64,000 bases of DNA from an uncultured Eubacteriales bacterium (GCA_902768795.1 CACXMS010000001.1:46577-110576); one strand, 5' to 3'; positions 19,636 through 29,393 are shown, counted from the first letter of the stretch. Notes: generated by a model from the sequence alone, not told the origin. Program-made: numbers and translations.

Positions 19636-20652
19636 TCAGATGCCTTCCCAGCCGGAGGGAACGAAGATCCGTTCATAATCGCGGATCGCATAATTGTCCG
19701 TCATTCCGGAGAGAAAGTCCGCCACGGCGCGCTCGCGCCCGTCGGCCTCCACCAGCGCCCGGTAATCGGACGGCATGCGGTCCGGATATTCGAGATAATA
19801 TTCATATAACTGCCGAAAGAGCGCTTTTGCTTTGACTTCCTCGCCCTTTGCGACAGGATTCAGATACACGTTTTCAAACATGAACGCGCGCAGCACTTCA
19901 AACTCGGCGGCAAACTCATCCGAGAACCGGATGATCGGACTGTCCTGACTGTTCTCCACCAGATTCAGGATCAGATTGTTGATGCGTTTGCCGTGCGTGT
20001 CGCCGAACAGATGCTTGCACGAGCGCGGAATCATTTCCTCGGTCAGCACGCCCGCGCGGATCGCGTCGTCGATGTCATGGTTCAGATACGCGATGCGGTC
20101 GGCAAACGAAACAACCTTGCCCTCGACGGTCGCCGGATTGCCGCTGCGCTTGTGATTTACGATCCCGTCGCGCACTTCCCAGGTGAGGTTCAATCCGTGC
20201 CCGTCGTTTTCCAATCGCTCCACGACGCGCAGCGACTGCACGTTGTGCTCAAACCCGCCGGGTACCAGCGCGTCAAGCACGTCCTCCCCGGCGTGGCCGA
20301 ACGGCGTATGTCCGAGGTCATGCCCAAGCGCGATCGCTTCGGTCAGGTCTTCGTTGAGGAGCAGCGCGCGGGAGATCGTGCGGGCGATCTGCGCGACTTC
20401 CAGCGTATGCGTCAGACGCGTCCGGTAATGATCGCCGGTCGGGGACAGGAACACCTGCGTCTTGTGCTTCATGCGGCGAAACGACTTGCAGTGCAGGATC
20501 CGGTCGCGGTCGCGGATAAAATCGGTTCGGACCGGGCACGGCTCAATCGGCGTTTCCCGCCCCCGCGAGCAAACGGCAAGCGTCGCATACGGAGAAAGCG
20601 TCTGTCTTTCCCATTCCTCCCGCTGTTTCCGAAGCGAACCGTCCGAAATCAT
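19636..20652 (-). CDS. dGTPase-like HD-domain triphosphohydrolase
   Basis: RTRLTHTLEVAQIAR....GHDLGHTPFGHAGE motifs. Start at ATG 20650-20652 after GGGAAGGGAG. Confidence 0.85.
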   Translation of the reverse strand: MISDGSLRKQREEWERQTLSPYATLAVCSRGRETPIEPCPVRTDFIRDRDRILHCKSFRRMKHKTQVFLSPTGDHYRTRLTHTLEVAQIARTISRALLLNEDLTEAIALGHDLGHTPFGHAGEDVLDALVPGGFEHNVQSLRVVERLENDGHGLNLTWEVRDGIVNHKRSGNPATVEGKVVSFADRIAYLNHDIDDAIRAGVLTEEMIPRSCKHLFGDTHGKRINNLILNLVENSQDSPIIRFSDEFAAEFEVLRAFMFENVYLNPVAKGEEVKAKALFRQLYEYYLEYPDRMPSDYRALVEADGRERAVADFLSGMTDNYAIRDYERIFVPSGWEGI

Positions 20653-20752
20653 CTGAATCTCCCTTCCCCGTCCGAAAGCCGAACGCACGTATCTTTATCT
20701 TCAACGTTTCTTCCGAAAATCCTTTTTTCCGCCGAAAATTGCCTGAATCGCA

Positions 20753-20775
20753 GAAAAAGGCGGGCCACGCCCGCC
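20753..20775 (-). terminator. Terminator of the P-type ATPase gene
   Basis: The minus strand reads GGCGGGC-GTG-GCCCGCC followed by TTTTTCTG. Confidence 0.6.
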
Positions 20776-20790
20776 AAATGGGAAAGATGC

Positions 20791-22803
20791 TTATTTTTTC
20801 AAAACGCGCATCGCGTTCAGAACCGCAAGCAGCATGACGCCGACGTCGCCGATCACGGCGACCCACATGTCCGCAAATCCGAGCACGCCGAGCACCATGA
20901 ACAGAACCTTGACCGCAAGCGCGAACACGATGTTCTGGATAACGATCGCGTGCGTCGCCTTCGCAAGATCGAACGCTTCGAGCAGCTTTTTCGGCTCGTC
21001 GGTCATCAGAACGACGTCCGCCGCTTCAATCGCGGCGTCGGAGCCGAGCGCGCCCATCGCCACGCCGATGTCCGCACGCGCCAGAACCGGCGCGTCATTG
21101 ATGCCGTCGCCGACAAACGCGACCTTCCCCTTCGCGCCCGGCAAAAGCGATTCGACCTTTTCGACCTTATCCTGCGGCAGCAGATCCGTATAAACCTCGT
21201 CGAGCGGCAGCGCTTCGCGCACAGTTCTCGCGCCGTGTTCGCCGTCTCCGGTCAGAAGCACCGTCCGGACGCCGCGCTTTTTCAGTTCCGATACCGTTTG
21301 GACGCTGTCCGGCTTCAAAGCGTCCGCAATGCGGATGCAGCCGAGATAGGCGTCGCCGCGATAGACGTAGACCTTCGTTCCGTCGCCCTCGGACGGATCG
21401 AACAGCACGCCGAACGAAAGCATCAGCTTTTCGTTGCCGACGAGAACCGTCTCGCCGCCGATCTCGGCACGCACGCCGTGGCCGGAAATCTCTTCGTAAA
21501 CGTCGCACGCAGGCAGTTCCTTTTCATCGACGCATGCGAGAATCGACTTTGCGATCGGATGCACCGAATACTGCTCCGCCGTTGCCGCCGCCGTCAGCAC
21601 CTCGCGCTCGGTGACGCCGTCGACGCAAAGAACGGACTGCACCTTGAACGCACCCTGCGTAAGCGTGCCGGTCTTATCGAAGACTACCGTTGAAACGCGA
21701 TTCAGCGCCTCGAGATAATTGCTGCCCTTGATCAGAATTCCATGCCGGGACGCCGCGCCGAGTCCGCCGAAAAACGTCAGCGGGATCGAAATCACAAGCG
21801 CGCACGGGCAGGATACAACAAGGAATACAAAGCTCCGACGAAGCCATTCGACCCAGTTTCCGGTGATCAGCGACGGGATCACGGCGACAAGCACCGCAAG
21901 GCCGACGACGATCGGGGTGTAGTATTTCGCAAAGCGCGAGATGAAGCGTTCGGACTGCGCCTTGCGGCCCTGCGCGTTCTCCACCAGCTCCAGAATCTTC
22001 GAAGCGGTCGACTCGTCGTAATCCTTTGTGGTTTCAACCGTAAGCGCGCCCGATGTGTTGATGCAGCCCGAAAGCACCGTTTCGCCTGCGCGCACCGTGC
22101 GCGGCACGGATTCGCCGGTCAGCGCCGAAGTGTCGAGCAACGATTGTCCTTCCAGAATGACGCCGTCGAGCGGAACGCGCTCGCCCGGTTTCACAAGAAT
22201 GCGGGAACCGACAGGCACGCGATCCGGATGCTCAACAGCCCATTCCCCGTCCCGCAGCACCGTTGCCGAATCGGGGCGAATGTCCATCAGATCCGTGATC
22301 GAATCGCGCGAGCGATCCACCGCAAAATCCTCCAGCAGCTCGCCGAGCTGATACAGCAGCATGACCGCGACGGCCTCGGGATACTCGCCGATGCAGAACG
22401 CCCCGATGCTCGAAAGCGACATCAGAAACGATTCTCCGAAAATATGTCCCCGAAGCAGGCCTTTGGCCGCGCCGATCACCACGTCGTATCCGATAACGAT
22501 GTACGCCGCCAAAAAGACCGGAAGCTGAAAATACCATTCGAGCCGGAATGCAAGCCGGAGCGTCAACCCGATCCCGAGAAGTACCGCAGAAATTGCGAGC
22601 CGGAGGATCCCCTTTTTTCGCTCGCCTTCCTCGCTCCCGCCGTGATCATGTCCGCAGCCGCAGCCGCTGTGATCGTGACTGTCGTGGCCACAGCCGCATT
22701 CGTCATGCCCATGAATGTGCGCCTGTTCCTCATGCTGCGAACAGCCGCAGGCACAGCTTTTTTCTTCGTGTTCAGAATCGTGTTCGTGATTGTGATGGCT
22801 CAT
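20791..22803 (-). CDS. Heavy-metal translocating P1B-type ATPase (Zn/Cd/Co-like) with a His/Cys-rich N-terminus
   Basis: CPC in a transmembrane helix (VVSCPCALV), DKTGTLT, SVHPIA and GDGINDAP motifs. The N-terminal ~60 aa are rich in H, C, D and E (CACGC, CGCGHD) instead of a GMxCxxC HMA fold. Confidence 0.92.
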   Translation of the reverse strand: MSHHNHEHDSEHEEKSCACGCSQHEEQAHIHGHDECGCGHDSHDHSGCGCGHDHGGSEEGERKKGILRLAISAVLLGIGLTLRLAFRLEWYFQLPVFLAAYIVIGYDVVIGAAKGLLRGHIFGESFLMSLSSIGAFCIGEYPEAVAVMLLYQLGELLEDFAVDRSRDSITDLMDIRPDSATVLRDGEWAVEHPDRVPVGSRILVKPGERVPLDGVILEGQSLLDTSALTGESVPRTVRAGETVLSGCINTSGALTVETTKDYDESTASKILELVENAQGRKAQSERFISRFAKYYTPIVVGLAVLVAVIPSLITGNWVEWLRRSFVFLVVSCPCALVISIPLTFFGGLGAASRHGILIKGSNYLEALNRVSTVVFDKTGTLTQGAFKVQSVLCVDGVTEREVLTAAATAEQYSVHPIAKSILACVDEKELPACDVYEEISGHGVRAEIGGETVLVGNEKLMLSFGVLFDPSEGDGTKVYVYRGDAYLGCIRIADALKPDSVQTVSELKKRGVRTVLLTGDGEHGARTVREALPLDEVYTDLLPQDKVEKVESLLPGAKGKVAFVGDGINDAPVLARADIGVAMGALGSDAAIEAADVVLMTDEPKKLLEAFDLAKATHAIVIQNIVFALAVKVLFMVLGVLGFADMWVAVIGDVGVMLLAVLNAMRVLKK

Positions 22804-22821
22804 ACCCTTCTCCTTACCCGA

Positions 22822-23175
22822 TCATTCCTGCAAATGCTCCAGTCCGATGTCGATGATCGAACGTACATGCGCGTCCGCAAGCGAATAGAAAACATTCTGC
22901 CCGTCGCGCCGGAACTTGATAAGGTTCGAAAGCCGCAGCGATTTCAGCTGATGCGAAACGGCGGACTTGGTCAGATGCAACAGCTCCGCAAGATCGCACA
23001 CGCAAAGCTCCTTCTGCTCAAGCGCGAACAGAATCATCAGCCGGGTCGGATCCCCGAACAGCTTAAAGAGATCGGCAAGATCCAGAAAATCCTCCTCGCC
23101 GAGCATCCGCGCCCGTACCTCGGCAACCGCGGAATCATTGACCCGTTCGTTTTCCCCCATCGGCACCCGTTCCAT
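22822..23175 (-). CDS. ArsR/SmtB family metal-sensing repressor
   Basis: ELCVCDL alpha3 motif plus an alpha5-type pattern DAHVRSIIDIGLEHLQE (D-x-H-x10-H-x2-E). A winged-helix region is present. It sits directly upstream of the ATPase. Confidence 0.9.
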   Translation of the reverse strand: MERVPMGENERVNDSAVAEVRARMLGEEDFLDLADLFKLFGDPTRLMILFALEQKELCVCDLAELLHLTKSAVSHQLKSLRLSNLIKFRRDGQNVFYSLADAHVRSIIDIGLEHLQE

Positions 23176-23196
23176 ACCTGTTCTCCTGTATTTGAA

Positions 23197-23215
23197 TTGT
23201 TGAGCATTTGTTCAA
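23197..23215. promoter_or_regulatory. Putative ArsR/SmtB operator
   Basis: The minus strand reads TTGAACAAATGCTCAACAA, an imperfect inverted repeat with a TGAACA-type half-site. It is flanked by two TATTTGAATT direct repeats and lies 20-40 bp upstream of the regulator ATG. Confidence 0.4.
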
Positions 23216-23407
23216 CTATTTGAATTATAACGGATCGGCGTTCTCCTGTCAAGGGGTTTTGGGGAATCGGATCGAAAAGATTCCGTAATTTTTCCGCATT
23301 TCGGACGCGTTTTGTTCATACTTCTGTGACATTTTGTTGACACCGGCGTGATAGGATACAGCTATGCAGAGAATCCTCTGCAAATTCAATTCGAGAGGAA
23401 CTATAAC

Positions 23408-24826
23408 ATGAAGAAAGGAATACTATGGATCGCCGCGGCGCTGCTGCTTTTAACGGCGGCTTGCCGGCCGACGCCGAATCAGGATTTTGTCGTCAACAAA
23501 GCCGACGGCGGTATGGAGGCAAAGCTAAGCGGCCCTGCCGTCACGGGGCCGCAGACGTTTCCGTCGCGCTGGGATGAGAACGGATATGCGGCGAACGACT
23601 GGCTGACGCTCACGTTTGACGCGGAGATTCTGCAAAAGGCCGACGGGCTTTATCCCGTCTATCGCACAAAGCAGCACATGTACAGTCAAAATGAGGTTGT
23701 GGATTGGTTGAACCGCCTTGCGCCGGACCCCGTTGAGACCTATCAATACGTTGCGACAAAAGCGGACGTGCAGCAGCGGTTTCAGGAATATCTCGACCAG
23801 CTTGCCGAGCAGGACGCATGGGTCGCGGCAGGCAAACCCGACTGGGGCGACCGTGACGAATACGTTCCGACCGAGGAAGAACGGCAACAGATGTACACGT
23901 ACTATCAGGGGCAGATCGAGCAGGCGCCCGAGTCGATCGAAACGACGCCTGTGTCGGGATACGGCGGAATCAAGCTGCCGCTGTCCCATCAGGTCTATAC
24001 GCTCAAAGACGGTTCGAGCGTGAACGCGACCGCGTTTGCCGACGAGCGAACCAACTTTATCATTCTGCATAAGAACGTGAAGACAGACGGATACCTCTAT
24101 TACGAATACTACCTCGAGGAGGACCGGGACGATCCCGAGATGAAAACGCCCGCCGCATGGAAGCCGGTCACGCTCGAGCGGAGCGATGCCGAAGCGATGC
24201 TGCAAAAGGAGCTGAAGCGGCTTGAAATCGAGGACTTTTCGATCATGCGCGCCGTGCCCGCAAACCTGTACGATATGGACAAGGAGATCCGCTCCGTCGC
24301 GCAGGGCTGGGCGTTCCGTCTCACCCGCAACTACGCCGACTACCCGACGGTTGAAGTGCCGTACGAGCCGTCGCAAAGTCTGAAGTACGGCGGAGGCGAC
24401 GAGTTTATCGCAACTCCCTACATTCGAGAGGAGTTCATTGAAATCCTGATCGGCAGCGACGGACTTGCGTATATCGAATTCACCGGCCCGAAGGATGTGA
24501 CGGGGCGCGTCAACGAAAACGTGGAGCTGCTGCCGTTTGACGAGCTGCAGACGCGCGTGAAAAATGCGTTTACGGCCTGTCTGACCGGGTCGTGGTGGGA
24601 GCGTGAAGGCAAGAAGGCCGATCTGAAAATCTACCGGATGCTGCTGACGACGTATACGGTCAAGGAACGGAATTCGGACGAATACCTCGAGGTCCCCTGC
24701 TGGATCATCTTTTACGACACGGACGAATGGGAAGCCAATCGGCGGGGCGACATGGATCTGATGCACGACGCGCTCGTCATCAATGCGATCGACGGATCGA
24801 TCGTTCATACGGACTGGGGCTGCTGA
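23408..24826 (+). CDS. Hypothetical lipoprotein (472 aa), function unknown
   Basis: Signal peptide with a lipobox (LLLLTAAC). GAGAGGAA RBS. I recognise no catalytic motif. The start was trimmed to MKKGILW. Confidence 0.7.
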   Translation: MKKGILWIAAALLLLTAACRPTPNQDFVVNKADGGMEAKLSGPAVTGPQTFPSRWDENGYAANDWLTLTFDAEILQKADGLYPVYRTKQHMYSQNEVVDWLNRLAPDPVETYQYVATKADVQQRFQEYLDQLAEQDAWVAAGKPDWGDRDEYVPTEEERQQMYTYYQGQIEQAPESIETTPVSGYGGIKLPLSHQVYTLKDGSSVNATAFADERTNFIILHKNVKTDGYLYYEYYLEEDRDDPEMKTPAAWKPVTLERSDAEAMLQKELKRLEIEDFSIMRAVPANLYDMDKEIRSVAQGWAFRLTRNYADYPTVEVPYEPSQSLKYGGGDEFIATPYIREEFIEILIGSDGLAYIEFTGPKDVTGRVNENVELLPFDELQTRVKNAFTACLTGSWWEREGKKADLKIYRMLLTTYTVKERNSDEYLEVPCWIIFYDTDEWEANRRGDMDLMHDALVINAIDGSIVHTDWGC

Positions 24827-24850
24827 TCCTTCTTATCGGATCAAAACAAG

Positions 24851-24891
24851 AAAAAACGCTCACTGTCACCGTTTGATATGGCAGTGGGCGT
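24851..24891 (-). terminator. Terminator downstream of the MATE gene (may also serve the convergent lipoprotein gene)
   Basis: Stem acgctcactg/cagtgggcgt with one wobble, followed by a T6 run on the minus strand. Confidence 0.6.
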
Positions 24892-24901
24892 TTCCGCAAA
24901 A

Positions 24902-26296
24902 TCAACCGATATGATCCACAAGGTTGATTACCCACGTCCGGCGCTTCAGCAGGATCGCGCCGAGAACGACCTTGATCAGTTCGACGCTCTGTACGGCAAG
25001 AAAGATCGCAAGGATCGGAAAATCCGTGGCATGCACGAGAATCATGGCAAGCGGCACGTTGAATGTCCAGATAAAAACGCTGTCGAACAGAAACGTAATG
25101 ACCGTTCTTCCGCCGGAGCGCAACGTGAAATAGCTGCTGTTGGTAAACGCGTTGAACGGCATCATTGCCGCGACAACGTACAGCAGCGCCGTCGCAAGGC
25201 GGCGAACCTCCTCCTGCGTATTGTACAGGTTCGGAATCAGCGGCGCAAAAACGGTCATGAGCGCTCCTACGACCATCGACAAAGCGACCGCGAACGCAAT
25301 CAGCTTCCGATCCTCCTCGACCGCCTGTTCGAGTTTTCCCGCGCCGAGCAGCTGCCCGATCATGATCGCGATCGTCGTACCCGTGGCAAAGAAGGCGCAG
25401 AAAAACAGATTCGAAACGGTCGACGAAATATTCATCGCCGAAACGACCTCAAGCCCGCGTACCGAATACGCCTGCGTCAGCGTCGTCATACCGGCCGACC
25501 AAAGCGCCTCGTTCACCAGAAGCGGAAGCCCCTTGACCGCGACTTTCTTCAAAAGCGCTGCAGGCACCCGGATGCTGCGATAAAGGCCGCAGATGTACGG
25601 ATGCTGCTTCGAATGACAATGCGACCAGATCACAACGATCGCGCATTCGGTTAACCTTGCAATTACGGTTGCAATCGCGGCGCCACGGACGCCGAGCGCC
25701 GGGAAACCGAGCTTTCCGAAGATCAGGATGTAGTTCAGAACCAGATTGACCAGAATCGCTGCAACGCCCGCCTTCATCGGAAGCATCGTTTCGCCGCACT
25801 CGCGGAGCGTGCTGCCGTAAACCTGCATGACCGCAAACGGAAGCATCTCCAGCAGCATGATCCAGAGGTACTCCTGTCCGAACCGCAGCGTTGCTTCCAG
25901 GTCGAGTCCGGCTTCCCCCTCATGCAAAAACAGCCGGATCAGCGGTTTTCCAGATAGGACAAACGCTGTTCCGAAAAGCAGCGCCGCAATCACGGCGATA
26001 TAGAATTTCAGCCGCATCGAGTGGCGAACGCCTTCGAAATCGCCCTTGCCGAAAAACTGCGCCGTAAAAATGCCCGCGCCGGACAATCCGCCGAAGATGC
26101 AAAGGTTGAACACGAAAAGCAGCTGATTGACGATCGCAACGCCGGACATCGGCTCCGTGCCGACCTGCCCGATCATCAGATTATCGAGCAGACTGACAAA
26201 ATTTGTGATTACATTTTGAATGAGGACCGGCAGCATCACCGCAAGCAGTCGCTTGTAGAATGCGCGGTCTCCGATATACTTTCGTATCAATGTCAT
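24902..26296 (-). CDS. MATE family efflux transporter
   Basis: 464 aa, about 12 transmembrane helices, N-terminus RLLAVMLPVLIQNVITNFVSLLDNLMIGQ typical of MATE/NorM-like proteins. Confidence 0.9.
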   Translation of the reverse strand: MTLIRKYIGDRAFYKRLLAVMLPVLIQNVITNFVSLLDNLMIGQVGTEPMSGVAIVNQLLFVFNLCIFGGLSGAGIFTAQFFGKGDFEGVRHSMRLKFYIAVIAALLFGTAFVLSGKPLIRLFLHEGEAGLDLEATLRFGQEYLWIMLLEMLPFAVMQVYGSTLRECGETMLPMKAGVAAILVNLVLNYILIFGKLGFPALGVRGAAIATVIARLTECAIVVIWSHCHSKQHPYICGLYRSIRVPAALLKKVAVKGLPLLVNEALWSAGMTTLTQAYSVRGLEVVSAMNISSTVSNLFFCAFFATGTTIAIMIGQLLGAGKLEQAVEEDRKLIAFAVALSMVVGALMTVFAPLIPNLYNTQEEVRRLATALLYVVAAMMPFNAFTNSSYFTLRSGGRTVITFLFDSVFIWTFNVPLAMILVHATDFPILAIFLAVQSVELIKVVLGAILLKRRTWVINLVDHIG

Positions 26297-26322
26297 TGGA
26301 TCAATCGATGGATTGTTTCGGT

Positions 26323-28668
26323 TTACTGTCCCCGCAGGGAAAGCTGTCCGTCCTTTCGGATGCCGTTATGGGAGATCGGATCGTCGAGCGTCGGGCACAG
26401 CCGGGAAAAGCCCCAGGAAAGCCCGTCCGGCAAGTTGCGCTGCTGGCTCTTGTTCTTGATGTCCAGATGCGTATTGACCTGTTCGCCCATAAAGATCATC
26501 GCCGCCGAAACGCCGCCGTCAAGGTTATACGCTTCGACGCAGCCCTCTTTCTCAAACAGATCGGCAAAATCGTCCAGTTCGAGGCCCATACTGTAATCGC
26601 TCTGCCGCCCGTCCGCAACAATTACAACGAAGTGCCCCGGTTCAATCATACCGACGCCGGTGCGCGGGTTCAGGCCGGACAGACTGTGGTACTTCAGCCG
26701 GTTGTTCGTTTTCCCCTCATGGATCAGCCACGGCCCGAAGGAAATAACCTCCTCAATGCCGTGCTCCCGGTAGTCCTCAACGCTTACGCTGTCGGCAAGT
26801 TCAATTCCCATCGTCAGCGTGACAGGATCCCACGAAAGCATCTCCGTACGCGGCAATTTCTGATACACACGGCCGTCTCGAATCAGAATCCCCTTCTTTT
26901 CAACGTCCATATTCAGCATATTGTCGCCGGTCACAAGCAGCACAGCACGATACCGACGCGCAATCTTCCAGGGCGTTTCGCTCGTTCTGCCGGTTCTGCC
27001 TTCATCGCCGATCGCAGAACGGTACTGATCGTTCAGCATCCTGACGTGCGCCGTAAAATACACGAGCGGATAGCGCCCGTTCTTCGTTTCGGTACGCTCA
27101 ATGATGACGGAAAGATCGTCGGAGCGGTACTCCCAATGTCCCTCGTCATAGTCGGATACGATGACCTCCGCTTCTTCTCCCTCCTGCCGGAAATACTGCG
27201 CCCAGGGATGCGGCGTCGGCGTAGGCGCCGGCGTAGGCGTCGGTTCGGGCGTCGGTTTCTCGGTGGGCGTTGGCGTCGGTTCCTCGGTGGGCGTTGGCGT
27301 CGGCGTCGGAGTAGGCGTCGGCGTAGGCGTTGGCGTCGGTGTTTCCGTCGGCGCAGGGGTCGCTGCTTCCACCGCTTTTGCGCCGCAGGAGAACAGTCCC
27401 TTCTTTGCCTCCGGCGTGGGCGGAACCGTCGGAACGGCCGTGGGCGTCGCCGTCGGCTCGGCAGTTTCCATCACAAACGGTTCCTCCGTCGGCTCGGGCG
27501 TCGGTTCCTCGGTGGGCTCCGGCGTCGGCGTTTCGGTCGGCTCCGGCGTTGCCGTAGGCAGCGGGTGAAGCGTTACATCCAGGTTTTCCAGCAGCGAGTT
27601 CTTTTCCGTATCATCGCCGACATCGCTCATGACAAGCCGATACGTTGCGTCAGCAGAAACTTCGCTGTGATAGATCGCCAGCGAATCGAACGAATCCAGC
27701 GCGGCCTGCGCGAGTTCCGCTGCGGAGCGTTCCCCGAGTGTCAAAATCGATTCGGCGTATGAAAGCTCCGTATCGCCGCCGTGCACATACCACTTTTGTA
27801 CGATTCCCTGCTTGTCGGCCTTGATCGCTTTCGCGACAAGCTCATACGTCAGCTGCGCTGCCGCCTCCTCCTGCTCCTCCGAAGCGCAGGATACGACGAC
27901 CCGAGGCTGTACGACGGCAAAAGCGTTGGCAAGGCCCTTTGCCGCGGTCGTGGAATTCCAGAACTTTTTGAGCGGTTTATAGGCGAGCGAACGATTTTCG
28001 TCGCAGGAAACAAACAACGGATAGGTCTTTACGCCAAGCCCCCAAAGCGCTGACAAAGCTTCTTCGACTCTGCGGCGGTTGTAATCTCCCATATAACAGA
28101 CGTTAAACGAAACGCCTTCCTGCAGAAGCGTCGGAATCAGTCCGCCGAAATAACGGTATTCATCTCCGCCGAACGGGACGATCAGAAGCACATCGGCTTT
28201 CTCGGTCGCGTTCCACCGCTGTACCGACGCCGGCAGTTCCCCCTCGCCGTACAGGATCACGTCCGAAAGCTCCGCGCCGTCCCTTCCCGCGGTCAGGACA
28301 AGCTCGTCCGTCCCCTCGGGCAATTCGATCACGGCATTCAGAATCGATTCGTCGGCCGACTCCTCGGAAAGCTGCTCGCGCCCGTTATAGCATTCGACCG
28401 TTACATTTTCCGGCAGCTTATGCCAGCGCAAAACGGCGTACGACGCTTTTGCCGTATCGATCGAAACGGCAGCGTGTGCCGGCAGTTCCACATACGTGTC
28501 GGCGCGCTCGTCGGTCAGAAGCGGTTCCTTTTCCGAAAGGCCGCGGTCGAGATCGACCGAAACGGATAGTTTCTGTGCAGTATCGTCGGCCGACGTCATG
28601 GCCGGCATCGAAGTAAAAAGCATTAGCAGCGCAAGCGCAAACGCTGCGATGGAATGGGTTCGATTCAT
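26323..28668 (-). CDS. Secreted multidomain protein: signal peptide, LmbE/PIG-L-like region with a degenerate metal motif, two Pro/Thr/Glu linkers, C-terminal phosphodiester glycosidase (DUF2233/NAGPA-like) domain
   Basis: Signal peptide [43 protein letters not shown] sits where PIG-L proteins have HPDDE. The C-terminal segment has [10 protein letters not shown]...[22 protein letters not shown]...[11 protein letters not shown]. The start overlaps the thioesterase stop (ATGA). Confidence 0.8.
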   Translation of the reverse strand: MNRTHSIAAFALALLMLFTSMPAMTSADDTAQKLSVSVDLDRGLSEKEPLLTDERADTYVELPAHAAVSIDTAKASYAVLRWHKLPENVTVECYNGREQLSEESADESILNAVIELPEGTDELVLTAGRDGAELSDVILYGEGELPASVQRWNATEKADVLLIVPFGGDEYRYFGGLIPTLLQEGVSFNVCYMGDYNRRRVEEALSALWGLGVKTYPLFVSCDENRSLAYKPLKKFWNSTTAAKGLANAFAVVQPRVVVSCASEEQEEAAAQLTYELVAKAIKADKQGIVQKWYVHGGDTELSYAESILTLGERSAAELAQAALDSFDSLAIYHSEVSADATYRLVMSDVGDDTEKNSLLENLDVTLHPLPTATPEPTETPTPEPTEEPTPEPTEEPFVMETAEPTATPTAVPTVPPTPEAKKGLFSCGAKAVEAATPAPTETPTPTPTPTPTPTPTPTPTEEPTPTPTEKPTPEPTPTPAPTPTPHPWAQYFRQEGEEAEVIVSDYDEGHWEYRSDDLSVIIERTETKNGRYPLVYFTAHVRMLNDQYRSAIGDEGRTGRTSETPWKIARRYRAVLLVTGDNMLNMDVEKKGILIRDGRVYQKLPRTEMLSWDPVTLTMGIELADSVSVEDYREHGIEEVISFGPWLIHEGKTNNRLKYHSLSGLNPRTGVGMIEPGHFVVIVADGRQSDYSMGLELDDFADLFEKEGCVEAYNLDGGVSAAMIFMGEQVNTHLDIKNKSQQRNLPDGLSWGFSRLCPTLDDPISHNGIRKDGQLSLRGQ
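27205..27565 (-). repeat. Coding low-complexity tandem repeats (TP/EPTP linkers)
   Basis: Runs of ggcgtc/ggcgta hexamers on the plus strand encode [15 protein letters not shown] and PEPTEEPT units on the minus strand. Confidence 0.8.
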
Positions 28669-29393
28669 GATTCCTCCGAAGCATAGGTCAGGCCGATGCG
28701 AAAGCACGGTCTGCCGCAGGTTCCCGTAAACAGATACGTATCGTTATTCCGTCCGATCGAAACGGAAACCGTCTCGCCGTAACGAATCTCGTTCTGATAT
28801 TCCGCAATGACGCCGACAAGCCGTTTCGCCGCGATTTCCTCCGCAATCAGGTCAGTGCAGAGATCAAAGTAGCGCGTATTGTTCATATGTCCGTTCAGAT
28901 CCAGATAACTGTACGGCACGGTGAACGACTCGGTGCGGACGGTCGGAAGCTGAGCCGCGGAAACATTGTAGGGCAATTCATCTCCGGTCCGCAGTCCCTC
29001 AGCCGGCGTCAGACCCGCCGCCTTCGGAACGATCATTTTACGTTCGAGCCCGTCGATCAGCACCCACACCGAAGAAGCGCGCGTCAGCACGTTTCCGGCT
29101 TCATCCTTCATCCGGTAATACCGGGGAAACAGCACGCGTCGCATCTCTCCCGGCCAGGTTTCCAGCGTCACGCGCTCCTCATACCGCGGCAGCCGGTTGA
29201 TCTCCAGATGATAGCGCGTAACGACCCAAAGAATGTTGCGGTTAAGCGTTGCGTCAGATCCGAAGCCGAGCAGCGTGGAGTGATCGAGCGAAATCTCCTG
29301 CAGCATCAGAAGAAGCGTACTGAGGCGCAGAACACGGCGCGCATCAACATGCTCGCTGCGAATCGAAAAAGAATTTGACAGAATCTCCGTCAT
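28665..29393 (-). CDS. Acyl-ACP thioesterase
   Basis: 242 aa double hot-dog layout. RSEHVD....L....LLLMLQE and WVVTRYHLEINRLPRYEE..TLETWP are typical of bacterial FAT-type thioesterases. Confidence 0.85.
   Translation of the reverse strand: MTEILSNSFSIRSEHVDARRVLRLSTLLLMLQEISLDHSTLLGFGSDATLNRNILWVVTRYHLEINRLPRYEERVTLETWPGEMRRVLFPRYYRMKDEAGNVLTRASSVWVLIDGLERKMIVPKAAGLTPAEGLRTGDELPYNVSAAQLPTVRTESFTVPYSYLDLNGHMNNTRYFDLCTDLIAEEIAAKRLVGVIAEYQNEIRYGETVSVSIGRNNDTYLFTGTCGRPCFRIGLTYASEES

Noticed and set aside
19993-23223. Plus-strand ORFs of 566 aa and 493 aa
   Set aside because: They are antisense to the dGTPase-like gene, the P-type ATPase and the ArsR gene. They have no RBS or domain signatures and are GC-rich mirror-frame artefacts.
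27205-27565. Repeat-rich tract considered as a possible CRISPR array or non-coding VNTR
   Set aside because: There is no repeat-spacer architecture. The units are 6 nt, lie in frame within a long ORF with a signal peptide and recognisable flanking domains, and no cas genes are present.
26260-27762. 500-aa plus-strand ORF with poly-Arg runs, and a 135-aa GVGVGV ORF (27161-27568)
   Set aside because: They are alternative-frame or antisense readings of the Pro/Thr/Glu linker repeats of the secreted protein. The low complexity mirrors the real frame.
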